Shown: positions 1 through 8,478 of the stretch, piece after piece
Numbering within the stretch: position 1 is the stretch's first letter
Layout of the letters: each line of letters begins with the position of its first letter
Virus record (IMG/VR): IMGVR_UViG_3300011338_000551
Coordinates: 1-32,969 of that record
From: a virus
Taxonomy: Duplodnaviria; Caudoviricetes
DNA: 32,969 nucleotides
Reading direction: 5' to 3' (one strand)
Made by a program: the position numbers and the translations under genes
Notes under the pieces: model-generated
Told to the model about the DNA's origin: nothing
The model's input: only the letters and a program-made list of their open reading frames with translations
Databases searched by the model: none

Positions 1-127
1 TGTCATACAAATTTATTTTAAGAGATTCTGCTGGCACGTTGCTTGGAACTTATGACAATATTTCCCCAATAAATGATGCTGCATTTACAAGAATTGCAAA
101 TTTTACGGGTGACGGAACAACTGTAAA
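1..127 (+). repeat. Terminal overlap, copy 1 (identical to 32843-32969)
   Basis: TGTCATACAAATTTATT...GGAACAACTGTAAA appears at both ends. Confidence 0.97.
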
Positions 128-281
128 TTTCACTTTGCCAACTGCCTTGTCGTCTGAAAATTTAATAAACATTTTTATAAATGGCGTATATCAATTTAAA
201 AATACGTTTAGTTTGTCAGGTGCAACAATAACATTTTCACAAGCGCCGCCTTTTACTTCAAAAATTGAAGTGGAGTATTAA
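1..281 (+). CDS. 3' part of tailspike head-binding/adaptor protein (gene starts at 32623; 166 aa in total)
   Basis: In frame with the ATG at 32623 across the junction. Encodes ...SYKFILRDSAGTLLGTYDNI...FTGDGTTVNFTL...IFINGVYQ...TITFSQAPP..SKIEVEY. Confidence 0.85.
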   Translation, partial: SYKFILRDSAGTLLGTYDNISPINDAAFTRIANFTGDGTTVNFTLPTALSSENLINIFINGVYQFKNTFSLSGATITFSQAPPFTSKIEVEY

Positions 282-283
282 GC

Positions 284-1297
284 ATGGCACAAACTGGTTA
301 CACACCAATCCTAATTTACAGCAGCAGCACGACCACAAACGCGCCTACTGCTGGAAATCTGACAAACAGCACGTTGGGGTCGGAACTTGCCATCAACATT
401 ACCGATGGCAAATTGTTTTACAAAGACAACGCCAACGCAATCCAGGTTATTGGTTGGAAAACCGTTCCGGCCACGGCTGGCGGTACTGGCCAAACGGTTT
501 ACGCGGTGGGCGACATTCTTTATGCCAACACAACCACCACGCTGGCCAAGTTGGCCGATGTGGCGACCGGTAACGCGCTAATTTCAGGCGGCGTAGGGGT
601 TGCCCCTTCCTGGGGAAAAATTGGTCTTACAACGCACATTTCCGGTGTTTTGCCGATTGCCAATGGCGGCACAAACGCATCAACCGCAAGCATCACATCG
701 TTTAACAATATTACCGGTTACACGGCATCTGGCGCTACTGGAGTAACAAGCACAAATTTGGTGTTTTCCACAAGCCCCACGTTGATTACACCAGCATTAG
801 GTACGCCATCCGCTTTGGTATTGACTAATGCGACTGGATTACCACAAACTGGTTTGGGCACAAACGTGGCGGGTAATGGGCCAGCCTTTAGTGCTTCGTT
901 GTCAGGAAATCAAACTGTTAATACGGGAACGACTACTAAGTTAACTTTTAACACAGAACAATTTGATACAAATTCAAATTACGACAACGCTACCAATTAT
1001 CGTTTTACGCCAACCGTGGCTGGCTACTATCAAATTAACGTGGTGTTAGATTTTGCAGACGTTAGCGTTGGCGTTCAAGATGTTCTTGGAAGGTTATATA
1101 AAAACGGTTCGCAATATCTTGTCCCCGTTCGTGTCCATACGGCAGCGGGTAATGAATGGGGTTTGACAATTTCTCAACTGGTGTATATGAACGGTTCCAC
1201 CGATTATCTTGAAGTTTATTTTCAAGTTGTCGCCGCGACTAACTGCTTTGTTTATGCCGGTAGTAATTTTTCAGGTTCATTAGTGAGGGCTGCTTAA
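284..1297 (+). CDS. Tail fibre protein with Mtd-N-like N-terminus and C1q-like C-terminal head
   Basis: N-terminal SELAINITDGKLFYKD, G/T-rich shaft, C-terminal GPAFSA...FNTEQFDTNSNYD..NYRFTPTVAGYYQIN...MNGSTDYLEVY (C1q-like). Confidence 0.8.
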   Translation: MAQTGYTPILIYSSSTTTNAPTAGNLTNSTLGSELAINITDGKLFYKDNANAIQVIGWKTVPATAGGTGQTVYAVGDILYANTTTTLAKLADVATGNALISGGVGVAPSWGKIGLTTHISGVLPIANGGTNASTASITSFNNITGYTASGATGVTSTNLVFSTSPTLITPALGTPSALVLTNATGLPQTGLGTNVAGNGPAFSASLSGNQTVNTGTTTKLTFNTEQFDTNSNYDNATNYRFTPTVAGYYQINVVLDFADVSVGVQDVLGRLYKNGSQYLVPVRVHTAAGNEWGLTISQLVYMNGSTDYLEVYFQVVAATNCFVYAGSNFSGSLVRAA

Positions 1298-1464
1298 TGC
1301 TATACGAACAAATAAAAAGAATTTATCCTGAATTAACGATAAATGATTTTGCGCCTGGAGGAACGATTGCCCTTCAAAATGATAGCGATGGTAGAGGTGA
1401 TTACATTAAAGAATGGAATCATCCTACTCTAGCAAAACCAACAGACGAACAGTTGCAAGATTAA
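1297..1464 (+). CDS. XkdW-like small tail-fibre-associated protein (55 aa; not in ORF track)
   Basis: ATG overlaps the previous TAA. Translation: MLYEQIKRIYPELTINDFAPGGTIALQNDSDGRGDYIKEWNHPTLAKPTDEQLQD. Confidence 0.8.
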   Translation: MLYEQIKRIYPELTINDFAPGGTIALQNDSDGRGDYIKEWNHPTLAKPTDEQLQD

Positions 1465-1473
1465 AGGAATATT

Positions 1474-3006
1474 ATGTCTTTAACAAAAGTAAGTTATTCA
1501 ATGATAGAGGGCGCACCAGTCAATGTCGTTGACTATGGTGCAAGCACATCCGCAACCGGCGTTGCAAACAGCGCGGCATTTCTTGCCGCCAAAGCCGCTG
1601 CGGGAACTTACACAATTGCTGGTCAAACAATTTATCGCCAGGTTTATGTTCCACCGGCGACTTATGCAATTGATGGAACTGTTGTTGGTAATTTTTTTAC
1701 CGATGGTGTTGTTGGTATAACCGGCGGTACGGTTCAATACATCATTCAACAAGGTGTTGGCGCAAGTCAATCAAACACGATCTATGGCCCAGGCGCTATG
1801 CCTGGTGCTACTCCTACGGGCGGTGATTTGGGCCTTTACAACACTGCTTTTGGCGCAGAAGCACTTACATTTAACACAACGGGATATCGCAATACTGGCG
1901 TGGGATATGGCGCTTTAAGAAACACAGTAACCAATTATTCAAACACTGGCATTGGATTTGGTGCTGGCTATTCTTTATCCGACCCCGCTGCTACTGGAAA
2001 CACAGCCGTTGGCAGCAGGGCGCTATACACATCGACAAATGGCTATTTTAATACTGCCATTGGAAGCGATTCACTTCAATATAATACAAGCGGTCACAGT
2101 AATACTGGTTGCGGAAAAAACACTTTATATAATAATAAAACCGGATATTATAATACCGCCGTCGGACTTAACGCATTATATGGCAACGAAACGGGCTATC
2201 AAAATACGGCCGCGGGTTTTCAAGCCCTAAGCGTTAATAATACCGGCGTGAACAACGCAGCCTTTGGATTTGATGCCTTGCTTAACGCAACTGCTGATAA
2301 TAATACGGCTATCGGTTCGCAAGCACAATATAGCGCCACGAGTGGTTTTACAAACACATCGTCAGGATTCCAGTCTTTATACACAAACCAAACTGGGGCT
2401 GACAATGCTGCTTTTGGCGCATTGTCTTTATATTTGGCAACAGGCAGTTACAACACGGCCATTGGAAGATCGGCTGGTTACAGCGTCACAACCGGTTCTG
2501 GAAACGTAATTCTTGGAACATTAACATCGGCTGGCAATAACACTCCAGTTTTTAGCGTAACAACTGAAAACAATCGTGTGGTTGTTGGATCAAGCGCCGT
2601 TACAAATGCTTATGTCCAAGTGGCATGGACGGTTGTTTCGGATGAACGCGATAAGACTGATGTTGAAGATTCACCTTATGGTTTGTCTTTTGTTCAATCT
2701 TTACGCCCCGTTGTTTATAAGCGCGATGACAGGGATAGATATAAAGAAACGGATTCTGATGGAAACATTACAGAATTGCCAAAAGATGGTTCCCGCAAAG
2801 ATGAAAAATATACTTTAGGATTTTTGGCCCAAGAAATTATTGCGGCAGAAAAATTAGCGGGGACTCAAGAAGGTAAATTTTTGATTGCTGACGATGAAAT
2901 GGCTGACAAGTTAAAGATTACGGAAACAAAAATTATTCCCGCTTTGGTTAAAGCCATTCAAGAACTAAAAGCCGAATTTGACGCATATAAAGCAAATCAT
3001 CCTTAA
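1474..3006 (+). CDS. Tail spike/fibre with NTAxG beta-roll repeats and a C-terminal intramolecular chaperone (peptidase S74-like)
   Basis: AAGGA RBS, MSLTKVSYSMI start, many roughly 14-aa NTA(I/V)G repeats, SDERDK autocleavage motif, GFLAQE, and LVKAIQELKAE coiled-coil end. Confidence 0.85.
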   Translation: MSLTKVSYSMIEGAPVNVVDYGASTSATGVANSAAFLAAKAAAGTYTIAGQTIYRQVYVPPATYAIDGTVVGNFFTDGVVGITGGTVQYIIQQGVGASQSNTIYGPGAMPGATPTGGDLGLYNTAFGAEALTFNTTGYRNTGVGYGALRNTVTNYSNTGIGFGAGYSLSDPAATGNTAVGSRALYTSTNGYFNTAIGSDSLQYNTSGHSNTGCGKNTLYNNKTGYYNTAVGLNALYGNETGYQNTAAGFQALSVNNTGVNNAAFGFDALLNATADNNTAIGSQAQYSATSGFTNTSSGFQSLYTNQTGADNAAFGALSLYLATGSYNTAIGRSAGYSVTTGSGNVILGTLTSAGNNTPVFSVTTENNRVVVGSSAVTNAYVQVAWTVVSDERDKTDVEDSPYGLSFVQSLRPVVYKRDDRDRYKETDSDGNITELPKDGSRKDEKYTLGFLAQEIIAAEKLAGTQEGKFLIADDEMADKLKITETKIIPALVKAIQELKAEFDAYKANHP

Positions 3007-3015
3007 AGGCAAAAC

Positions 3016-3990
3016 ATGACCACGCCATTTGACATTGTTACCCGCGCCATGAAAGACATTGGCGCCTTGGCCGCGGGCGAGGTTCCAACCGCTGACGAAG
3101 CCCAAGACGGCTACGATATGTTGAACGATATGTGCGCCCAATGGTCGAACGAAAACATGATGGTTTTTTACAAAACCGAAATCATTTTTCCCGTCGTTCA
3201 AAACCAAACGCAATACACCATTGGCCCAGGTGGCCAGGTTGGTTGCACATTTACCGGTTCAATCAGCGGCACAACCCTGACCATTCCGGCCAACGGCGTC
3301 ACGTCCGGCGCCATCACCATTGGCCAAACGTTGACGGGAACCGGCGTTGCAGCCGGAACCACGATTGTGAACTTTGTCAGCGGTGGTGGCGGTAACGTCA
3401 ACGAAGCCGGAACGTACACCGTCAGCAAATCGCAAACGGTAGCCAGCACGACTATTCAGGGTTATTACGAACGCCCGCTGACGCTGGAATCCGCGTTTGT
3501 GCGCGTCACCACGACCAGCAACGGCGCCCCGATTTACGGCGGCGGCCTGGACTATCCCGTGGCCATTTTTGCCCTGGAACAATACGAATCCATCGGCCTG
3601 AAGCAATTGAACGGCCCCTGGCCAAAAGGCGTTTATTACCAGGCAAGCGAAAACCTTGGCACGATTTACGTTTGGCCGAATCCCGCCCAGGGCGAAATGC
3701 ACATTTTTGCCTATACGCAATTCCGCACGTTCACCGCGCAAACAAATGACATTGCGCTGCCGCCTGGTTACATCAACGCGTTGCGCTGGTGTTTGGCCGA
3801 ACGGTTGCTGCCGATGTACGGCAAGATGAACCAGGTTCAAATGGCCATGATAAATTCGCTGGCAGCCCAAGCAAAGGCGACGGTCAAACGAACCAATATG
3901 CGGCCGCCGCAAGTGGCGCGTTACCCTGACACGCTGTTGATGGGCAAAGCCAAGGATGCTGGTTGGATCATGGACGGGGGATTTGCATAA
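3016..3990 (+). CDS. Head-tail adaptor, P22 gp4-like, with an inserted beta-rich domain
   Basis: [38 protein letters not shown] and [17 protein letters not shown]; directly upstream of the gp10-like gene. Confidence 0.75.
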   Translation: MTTPFDIVTRAMKDIGALAAGEVPTADEAQDGYDMLNDMCAQWSNENMMVFYKTEIIFPVVQNQTQYTIGPGGQVGCTFTGSISGTTLTIPANGVTSGAITIGQTLTGTGVAAGTTIVNFVSGGGGNVNEAGTYTVSKSQTVASTTIQGYYERPLTLESAFVRVTTTSNGAPIYGGGLDYPVAIFALEQYESIGLKQLNGPWPKGVYYQASENLGTIYVWPNPAQGEMHIFAYTQFRTFTAQTNDIALPPGYINALRWCLAERLLPMYGKMNQVQMAMINSLAAQAKATVKRTNMRPPQVARYPDTLLMGKAKDAGWIMDGGFA

Positions 3991-5456
3991 TGCCTGACTT
4001 CGGCTTCGTGGGCGCTTCTTACGAAGCCCCGTCAATCTACCAAGACGCGCAAGAGTGCATCAATTTTTACCCTGAAATTGACCCCACAAAGCAGCCTGGA
4101 AGCCGCGGCGTTGTCGCGTTGTACCCAACCCCTGGCCTGGTTGAAGAACTGGCCTTATGGGAAGCGGAAGTGCGAGGAATGCGGGCGTTGTCCGGCAGCC
4201 AGTATTTGGTTGTCGTTGTTGGCAATCGCGTTTACAGCGTCACCACGGCTTTTGTGGCCACGCAAATCGGAACGCTGACCACCAGCACCGGCCAGGTTCG
4301 AATCACCGACAACGTGACCACCAACAACGGCCTGACCGCTTACATTGTGGACGGCCCCAATCGCTACACCTGGGTGGCCAGCACCAACACGTTCACCACG
4401 TTGCCGTCAACCGATGGCCTTTGGCAAGGCGCGACTTCCACCGACACGGTGGATTCGTACATCATCTACAACGAGCCAGGAACGCAAAATTGGGCCGCGA
4501 CTGACCTTGGCCTTGCCGTGACCACAACGGGCAACTACGGCAGCAAAGACGGCGCCCCTGACACCTTGGTGGCTTTGATCGTTGACCACCGCCAGGTTTA
4601 TTTGCTTGGCGAAGTCACCACCGAAGTTTGGGTGGACGTGGGCAACGTGATTTCCGGCCTGACGACATTCCCGTTTCAACGGGTAAGCGGCACGACCATG
4701 CAGCACGGCTGCGCGGCCAAGTATTCCGTTGCCAGGTTTGCTGAATCGTTTATGTTTGTGAGCCGCGACACCCGCGGCCAGGCCATCATCGGCGCCGTGA
4801 ACGGTTACAGCATGGTGCGAACATCCACCCACGCGGTAGAACAAAGCCTGATTGGCGCCGACGTGTCCGACGCGTTTGCTTACACCTACCAAATCGAAGG
4901 CCACGAAATGTATGTCGTGACGTTTCCTTCGATTGACCTGACATGGGTTTATGACCTGGCCACGCAGCAATGGCACAAATGGCTTTCCTGGGACAACGTG
5001 GCTGGTTTTTATCGCCACCGGTCAAATTGCTATGCGTTCTTTGCTGGCAAAAACCTGGTTGGCGACTTTGAAAACGGCAAAATTTACAGCCTGGACAACG
5101 CGGTTTACACCGACAACGGTTCAACGATTCGTCGTTTGCGCCGTGCGGTTCACCTGACTTCGGACTTGCAGCGCCAGTTTTTTGAGGAATTCCAAATCCA
5201 ATTCCAACCTGGCGTTGGCCTTACAACCGGCCAGGGCGACGATCCCCAGGCAATGTTGCGCTGGTCAAACGACGGCGGTTCTACCTGGTCGAATGAACAT
5301 TGGATCACGATTGGCAAGATTGGCCAGTATCAAAACCGTGCCATTTGGCGCCGCCTGGGCTGGTCGCGTGACCGCATTTTTGAAGTGGTGGTGACCGACC
5401 CGATCAAGGCCGTGATTGTTTCCGCAAATCTAAAGGCGTCGGTGGGGGATAACTAA
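3990..5456 (+). CDS. Packaged-DNA stabilization / tail hub protein, P22 gp10-like
   Basis: ATG at 3990 overlaps the TAA. Motifs QECINFYPE, LYPTPGL, YQIEGHEMYVVTFP..TWVYD, LRWSNDGGSTWSNE, WRRLG. Confidence 0.9.
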   Translation: MPDFGFVGASYEAPSIYQDAQECINFYPEIDPTKQPGSRGVVALYPTPGLVEELALWEAEVRGMRALSGSQYLVVVVGNRVYSVTTAFVATQIGTLTTSTGQVRITDNVTTNNGLTAYIVDGPNRYTWVASTNTFTTLPSTDGLWQGATSTDTVDSYIIYNEPGTQNWAATDLGLAVTTTGNYGSKDGAPDTLVALIVDHRQVYLLGEVTTEVWVDVGNVISGLTTFPFQRVSGTTMQHGCAAKYSVARFAESFMFVSRDTRGQAIIGAVNGYSMVRTSTHAVEQSLIGADVSDAFAYTYQIEGHEMYVVTFPSIDLTWVYDLATQQWHKWLSWDNVAGFYRHRSNCYAFFAGKNLVGDFENGKIYSLDNAVYTDNGSTIRRLRRAVHLTSDLQRQFFEEFQIQFQPGVGLTTGQGDDPQAMLRWSNDGGSTWSNEHWITIGKIGQYQNRAIWRRLGWSRDRIFEVVVTDPIKAVIVSANLKASVGDN

Positions 5457-5740
5457 TGGTCGCCCCCAATCCAGCATCATCCACAAACATTCGATTCCCG
5501 CAATCGGCGTTCCTTGATCCGACGACCGGACGGCCAGCGCGTGAGTGGATTATTTGGCTGCAAAACCCCGATGTTGTGTCGGCGACCTTTGCTTACATCA
5601 TCATTAGCGGCGGCACGATTACCAACGTGTCAATTGACAATGCGGTAATCAATGGTTCCACCATCGGCCTGACGACACCGGCCGCGGGCAAATTTACTGA
5701 TTTGACAGCCTTGAACGGCATTGGCGGGGGTACGTTTTGA
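5456..5740 (+). CDS. Small tail protein at the tail-needle (P22 gp26) position
   Basis: Translationally coupled to the gp10-like gene. Motifs FLDPTTGRPAREW, IGLTTPAAGKFT, and C-terminal GGGTF. Confidence 0.6.
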   Translation: MVAPNPASSTNIRFPQSAFLDPTTGRPAREWIIWLQNPDVVSATFAYIIISGGTITNVSIDNAVINGSTIGLTTPAAGKFTDLTALNGIGGGTF

Positions 5741-6204
5741 CTGAACTTGAAATCATTGGCGACACGCCGACACGGGAACAGATCGACCGGCTGCAAGCGG
5801 AAATGATTAAACACCCGCAAGCCGAATTAAAAACCGAGCATTATTTTGTGCCTGGTATGTATTGCCGTCGGGTTTTTCGCCAGGCTGGAACGCTGATTGT
5901 GGGTAAGGTTCATAAGCACCCCCACTTCTTTTTATGCGCGAAGGGCGAGATAATTGCGTGGACGGAAAACGGAATGAAAAAACTTCAGGCTGGCGATGTT
6001 GTTGAATGCAAGCCTGGAACCAAACGGGTAACTTTGGCCACCCAGGATTCAATTGGGGTGACGATCCATAAGACGGAAGAAACCGAATTGGACAAGATTG
6101 AATTAGAACTGGTCGAACCGGATGAAACGTCAATGTTTGATTCAGGCAACAAACTGAAAACAATCATTGACGAGATGAAATCATTGGAAGGAAAAAAATT
6201 ATGA
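5737..6204 (+). CDS. Cupin-fold protein in the tail module
   Basis: HYFVPGMYCR...GTLIVGKVHKHPHF...PGTKRV..TIH cupin-like motifs; TTGA overlap start. Confidence 0.7.
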   Translation: MTELEIIGDTPTREQIDRLQAEMIKHPQAELKTEHYFVPGMYCRRVFRQAGTLIVGKVHKHPHFFLCAKGEIIAWTENGMKKLQAGDVVECKPGTKRVTLATQDSIGVTIHKTEETELDKIELELVEPDETSMFDSGNKLKTIIDEMKSLEGKKL

Positions 6205-6833
6205 CATTTGTAACTGCCGCACTAATTGTTGGTGGGACAAGCCTTGTAAGTGGCTACATGGGTTCAAAAGCGGCCCAGGGCGCCGCGCAAACGCAATTGC
6301 AAGGAACCCGCGAGGCGTCACAGCAGCAGCGCGAAATGTTCGACATTTTGAACGAGCAAAACAAACCGTATCGGGAAGCCGGATATGGGGCGTTGAATCG
6401 AATCAATGAAATGTTGCCAAGCCTAACCAAACCGGTGACCGCGGAGGATATTCAGAATATGCCTGGGTATCAGTTTGCCGTCCAGCAAGGAACGGGAGGG
6501 GCCATGCAAGGCATGAACGTTGGCGGCGGTGGATCAAATGTTCAAAGGGCGGGGCAAAAGTTTGCCATTGACTACACGTTGGGCCAAGCCCTTCCGCAAT
6601 ACATGGCGCAGCGCCGTGACATTTACAACACCCTGGCGGGCGTGGCCGGTATCGGTCAAAACGCGCAAAACCAATCCAACACGATTGGCCAAAACACGGC
6701 TACCAATTTGGGCCAGTTGGCCGTTGGTGGCGCAAATGCAATCGCTGGTGGCCAGGTGGGTTCAGCAAATGCCTATTCGGGCGCAATGAACAACATTGGC
6801 AACGCTGCCATGATGTACGCGCTTTTAGGTTAA
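6201..6833 (+). CDS. DNA ejection (pilot) protein, P22 gp7-like
   Basis: Hydrophobic G/A-rich N-terminus, PYREAG, PGYQF..QQG motif, Gly/Ala/Asn-rich C-terminus; position fits. Confidence 0.75.
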   Translation: MTFVTAALIVGGTSLVSGYMGSKAAQGAAQTQLQGTREASQQQREMFDILNEQNKPYREAGYGALNRINEMLPSLTKPVTAEDIQNMPGYQFAVQQGTGGAMQGMNVGGGGSNVQRAGQKFAIDYTLGQALPQYMAQRRDIYNTLAGVAGIGQNAQNQSNTIGQNTATNLGQLAVGGANAIAGGQVGSANAYSGAMNNIGNAAMMYALLG

Positions 6834-6843
6834 GGGGAAAAAT

Positions 6844-8478
6844 ATGGCTACTTTTAACGTTGAACCGATTGGCGCCCAAATCAAAGGCCCGCAACAAATG
6901 TCGCTGGCCGACATGATTAACGTCGGCCGTGGCGGCATTCAATTGCAAAAAGAAAAGCAAGCCAACACCGAACGCGTTGGGCTGCAAGACTTTTTTTCCA
7001 ATCCTGACAATTTCCAAACTGACGGCAACATTGACATGAGCAAAGTCAATGCAGCCATTCCAAAAATTGCACCATTGACCGGCCGCGACGTTTTGAAAAA
7101 CGTGGCTGATTTAAGCACGGCACAAACGCAAGCCAGCAAAGCCAAGCAAAATTTGACGCAAGACCAAAAAGCATTGGTCGGCCAAACTTTCAACATCTTG
7201 GGCAAAGCCGGTGTCAACAACAAAGACACGTATTTAAAAGCCTTGGACGACCTGGTGGCCACCAATCCCGACAATCCCGATCTTGGGCGTTTGGCTGATT
7301 CTTACAAAACCATTTGGGGCAAGATGCCCGAAGGCACAAACTTTGCACAGTTGGCGATTACTGGCGCACAAACATTGCTGCCAGTTGCAACGCAAGAAAC
7401 GCAGTTTGGCCCGCAGCCTGGCACATTGAACACCGGCGCCCAAATCTTGCCGACCGTCACCCGTCCTTCGGTTGCTGGCCAGGCGCCAAGCATCCAGGTT
7501 GGCCAAACTCCTTTGGCGACCAACCAACTTGGCCCAGGTGCGCGTTATGTTGCAACGGGCCGCGTGGACATGAACAACAATCCCACCGCTTTGGCTTACG
7601 GCCCGAACGGCGAATTGTTGGGCGAAGTCACAATTCCGGCTGGCGCAAATCCAGCGCAACAACCAGGCGGCGCAGCCGCCAACGCAATGCCGACCGGCGT
7701 TCAGGGCGGCGGCGTGTTGCCGCAAAATAATGTCCAAGCGCCAGCGCCGCAGATGCCACGTCCGGCGGTTACAGCGCAGCCAGCAATGCCAGCAGCGCCA
7801 GCAAACGCGCCGGTTCGTATGCCCGCCGGTGAAAATGCTGCAACATTGGAAGCCGCAACAAAATTGCGTTTGGATACCCGCGCAATGGCCCAACAAGTGC
7901 CGGTGCAGCAATTCAACAGCAATCAAATCATCAAGTTGGCCGATGATGTAATTTCCGGTAAAGGTTCCGGAACACTTGCAAACTTGACCGGTGGTTATGC
8001 TGGCTTGAATGGCCTTGGTATTGGTGGCGACAATGCAACCAACCTTCAGCAATTGGGCCACTATATGGCGTTGCAAACCCAAGCCTTATCGGCTGGAACT
8101 GGTTTGGCCAGTACCGACGCGGGCCGTGCAATTGCTGGTCAAATGTCCGGCACAACCGAATGGACGCCCCAGGCGATCAAGCAAACCGCCCGCGTAAACC
8201 GCGCACTTTCCACCGGTACGGAACTATTTGCCCAGGGTGTTGAAAACAATTTCAACCGTACAAAAAACCCATTTGCAGCGTCCGAATTCCAACAACGTTG
8301 GTCGCAAACTCTTGGCAACGATGGCATCAATGCAATTCGTTTGTATGATGCTATTCGAAGCAAAGACAATGAAGCCATCAAAGAAGTGGTGAGCCAGGCC
8401 GGTGGCCAAAATTCGCCTGGTTATCAAAACCTGGTCAATAAAATTGGACAAATGCAAAAATTGATCGGGGGCAAATAA
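6844..8478 (+). CDS. DNA ejection protein (P22 gp20 position)
   Basis: 544-aa Q/A/G/N-rich protein with no Cys, between the gp7-like gene and the largest ejection gene; RBS AAGGGG. Confidence 0.65.
   Translation: MATFNVEPIGAQIKGPQQMSLADMINVGRGGIQLQKEKQANTERVGLQDFFSNPDNFQTDGNIDMSKVNAAIPKIAPLTGRDVLKNVADLSTAQTQASKAKQNLTQDQKALVGQTFNILGKAGVNNKDTYLKALDDLVATNPDNPDLGRLADSYKTIWGKMPEGTNFAQLAITGAQTLLPVATQETQFGPQPGTLNTGAQILPTVTRPSVAGQAPSIQVGQTPLATNQLGPGARYVATGRVDMNNNPTALAYGPNGELLGEVTIPAGANPAQQPGGAAANAMPTGVQGGGVLPQNNVQAPAPQMPRPAVTAQPAMPAAPANAPVRMPAGENAATLEAATKLRLDTRAMAQQVPVQQFNSNQIIKLADDVISGKGSGTLANLTGGYAGLNGLGIGGDNATNLQQLGHYMALQTQALSAGTGLASTDAGRAIAGQMSGTTEWTPQAIKQTARVNRALSTGTELFAQGVENNFNRTKNPFAASEFQQRWSQTLGNDGINAIRLYDAIRSKDNEAIKEVVSQAGGQNSPGYQNLVNKIGQMQKLIGGK

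Noticed and set aside
1840-2520. Roughly 42-nt periodic repeats as a CRISPR array or DGR template
   Set aside because: They are degenerate coding repeats (NTAxG) of the spike. There are no identical repeats with spacers, no reverse transcriptase and no cas genes.
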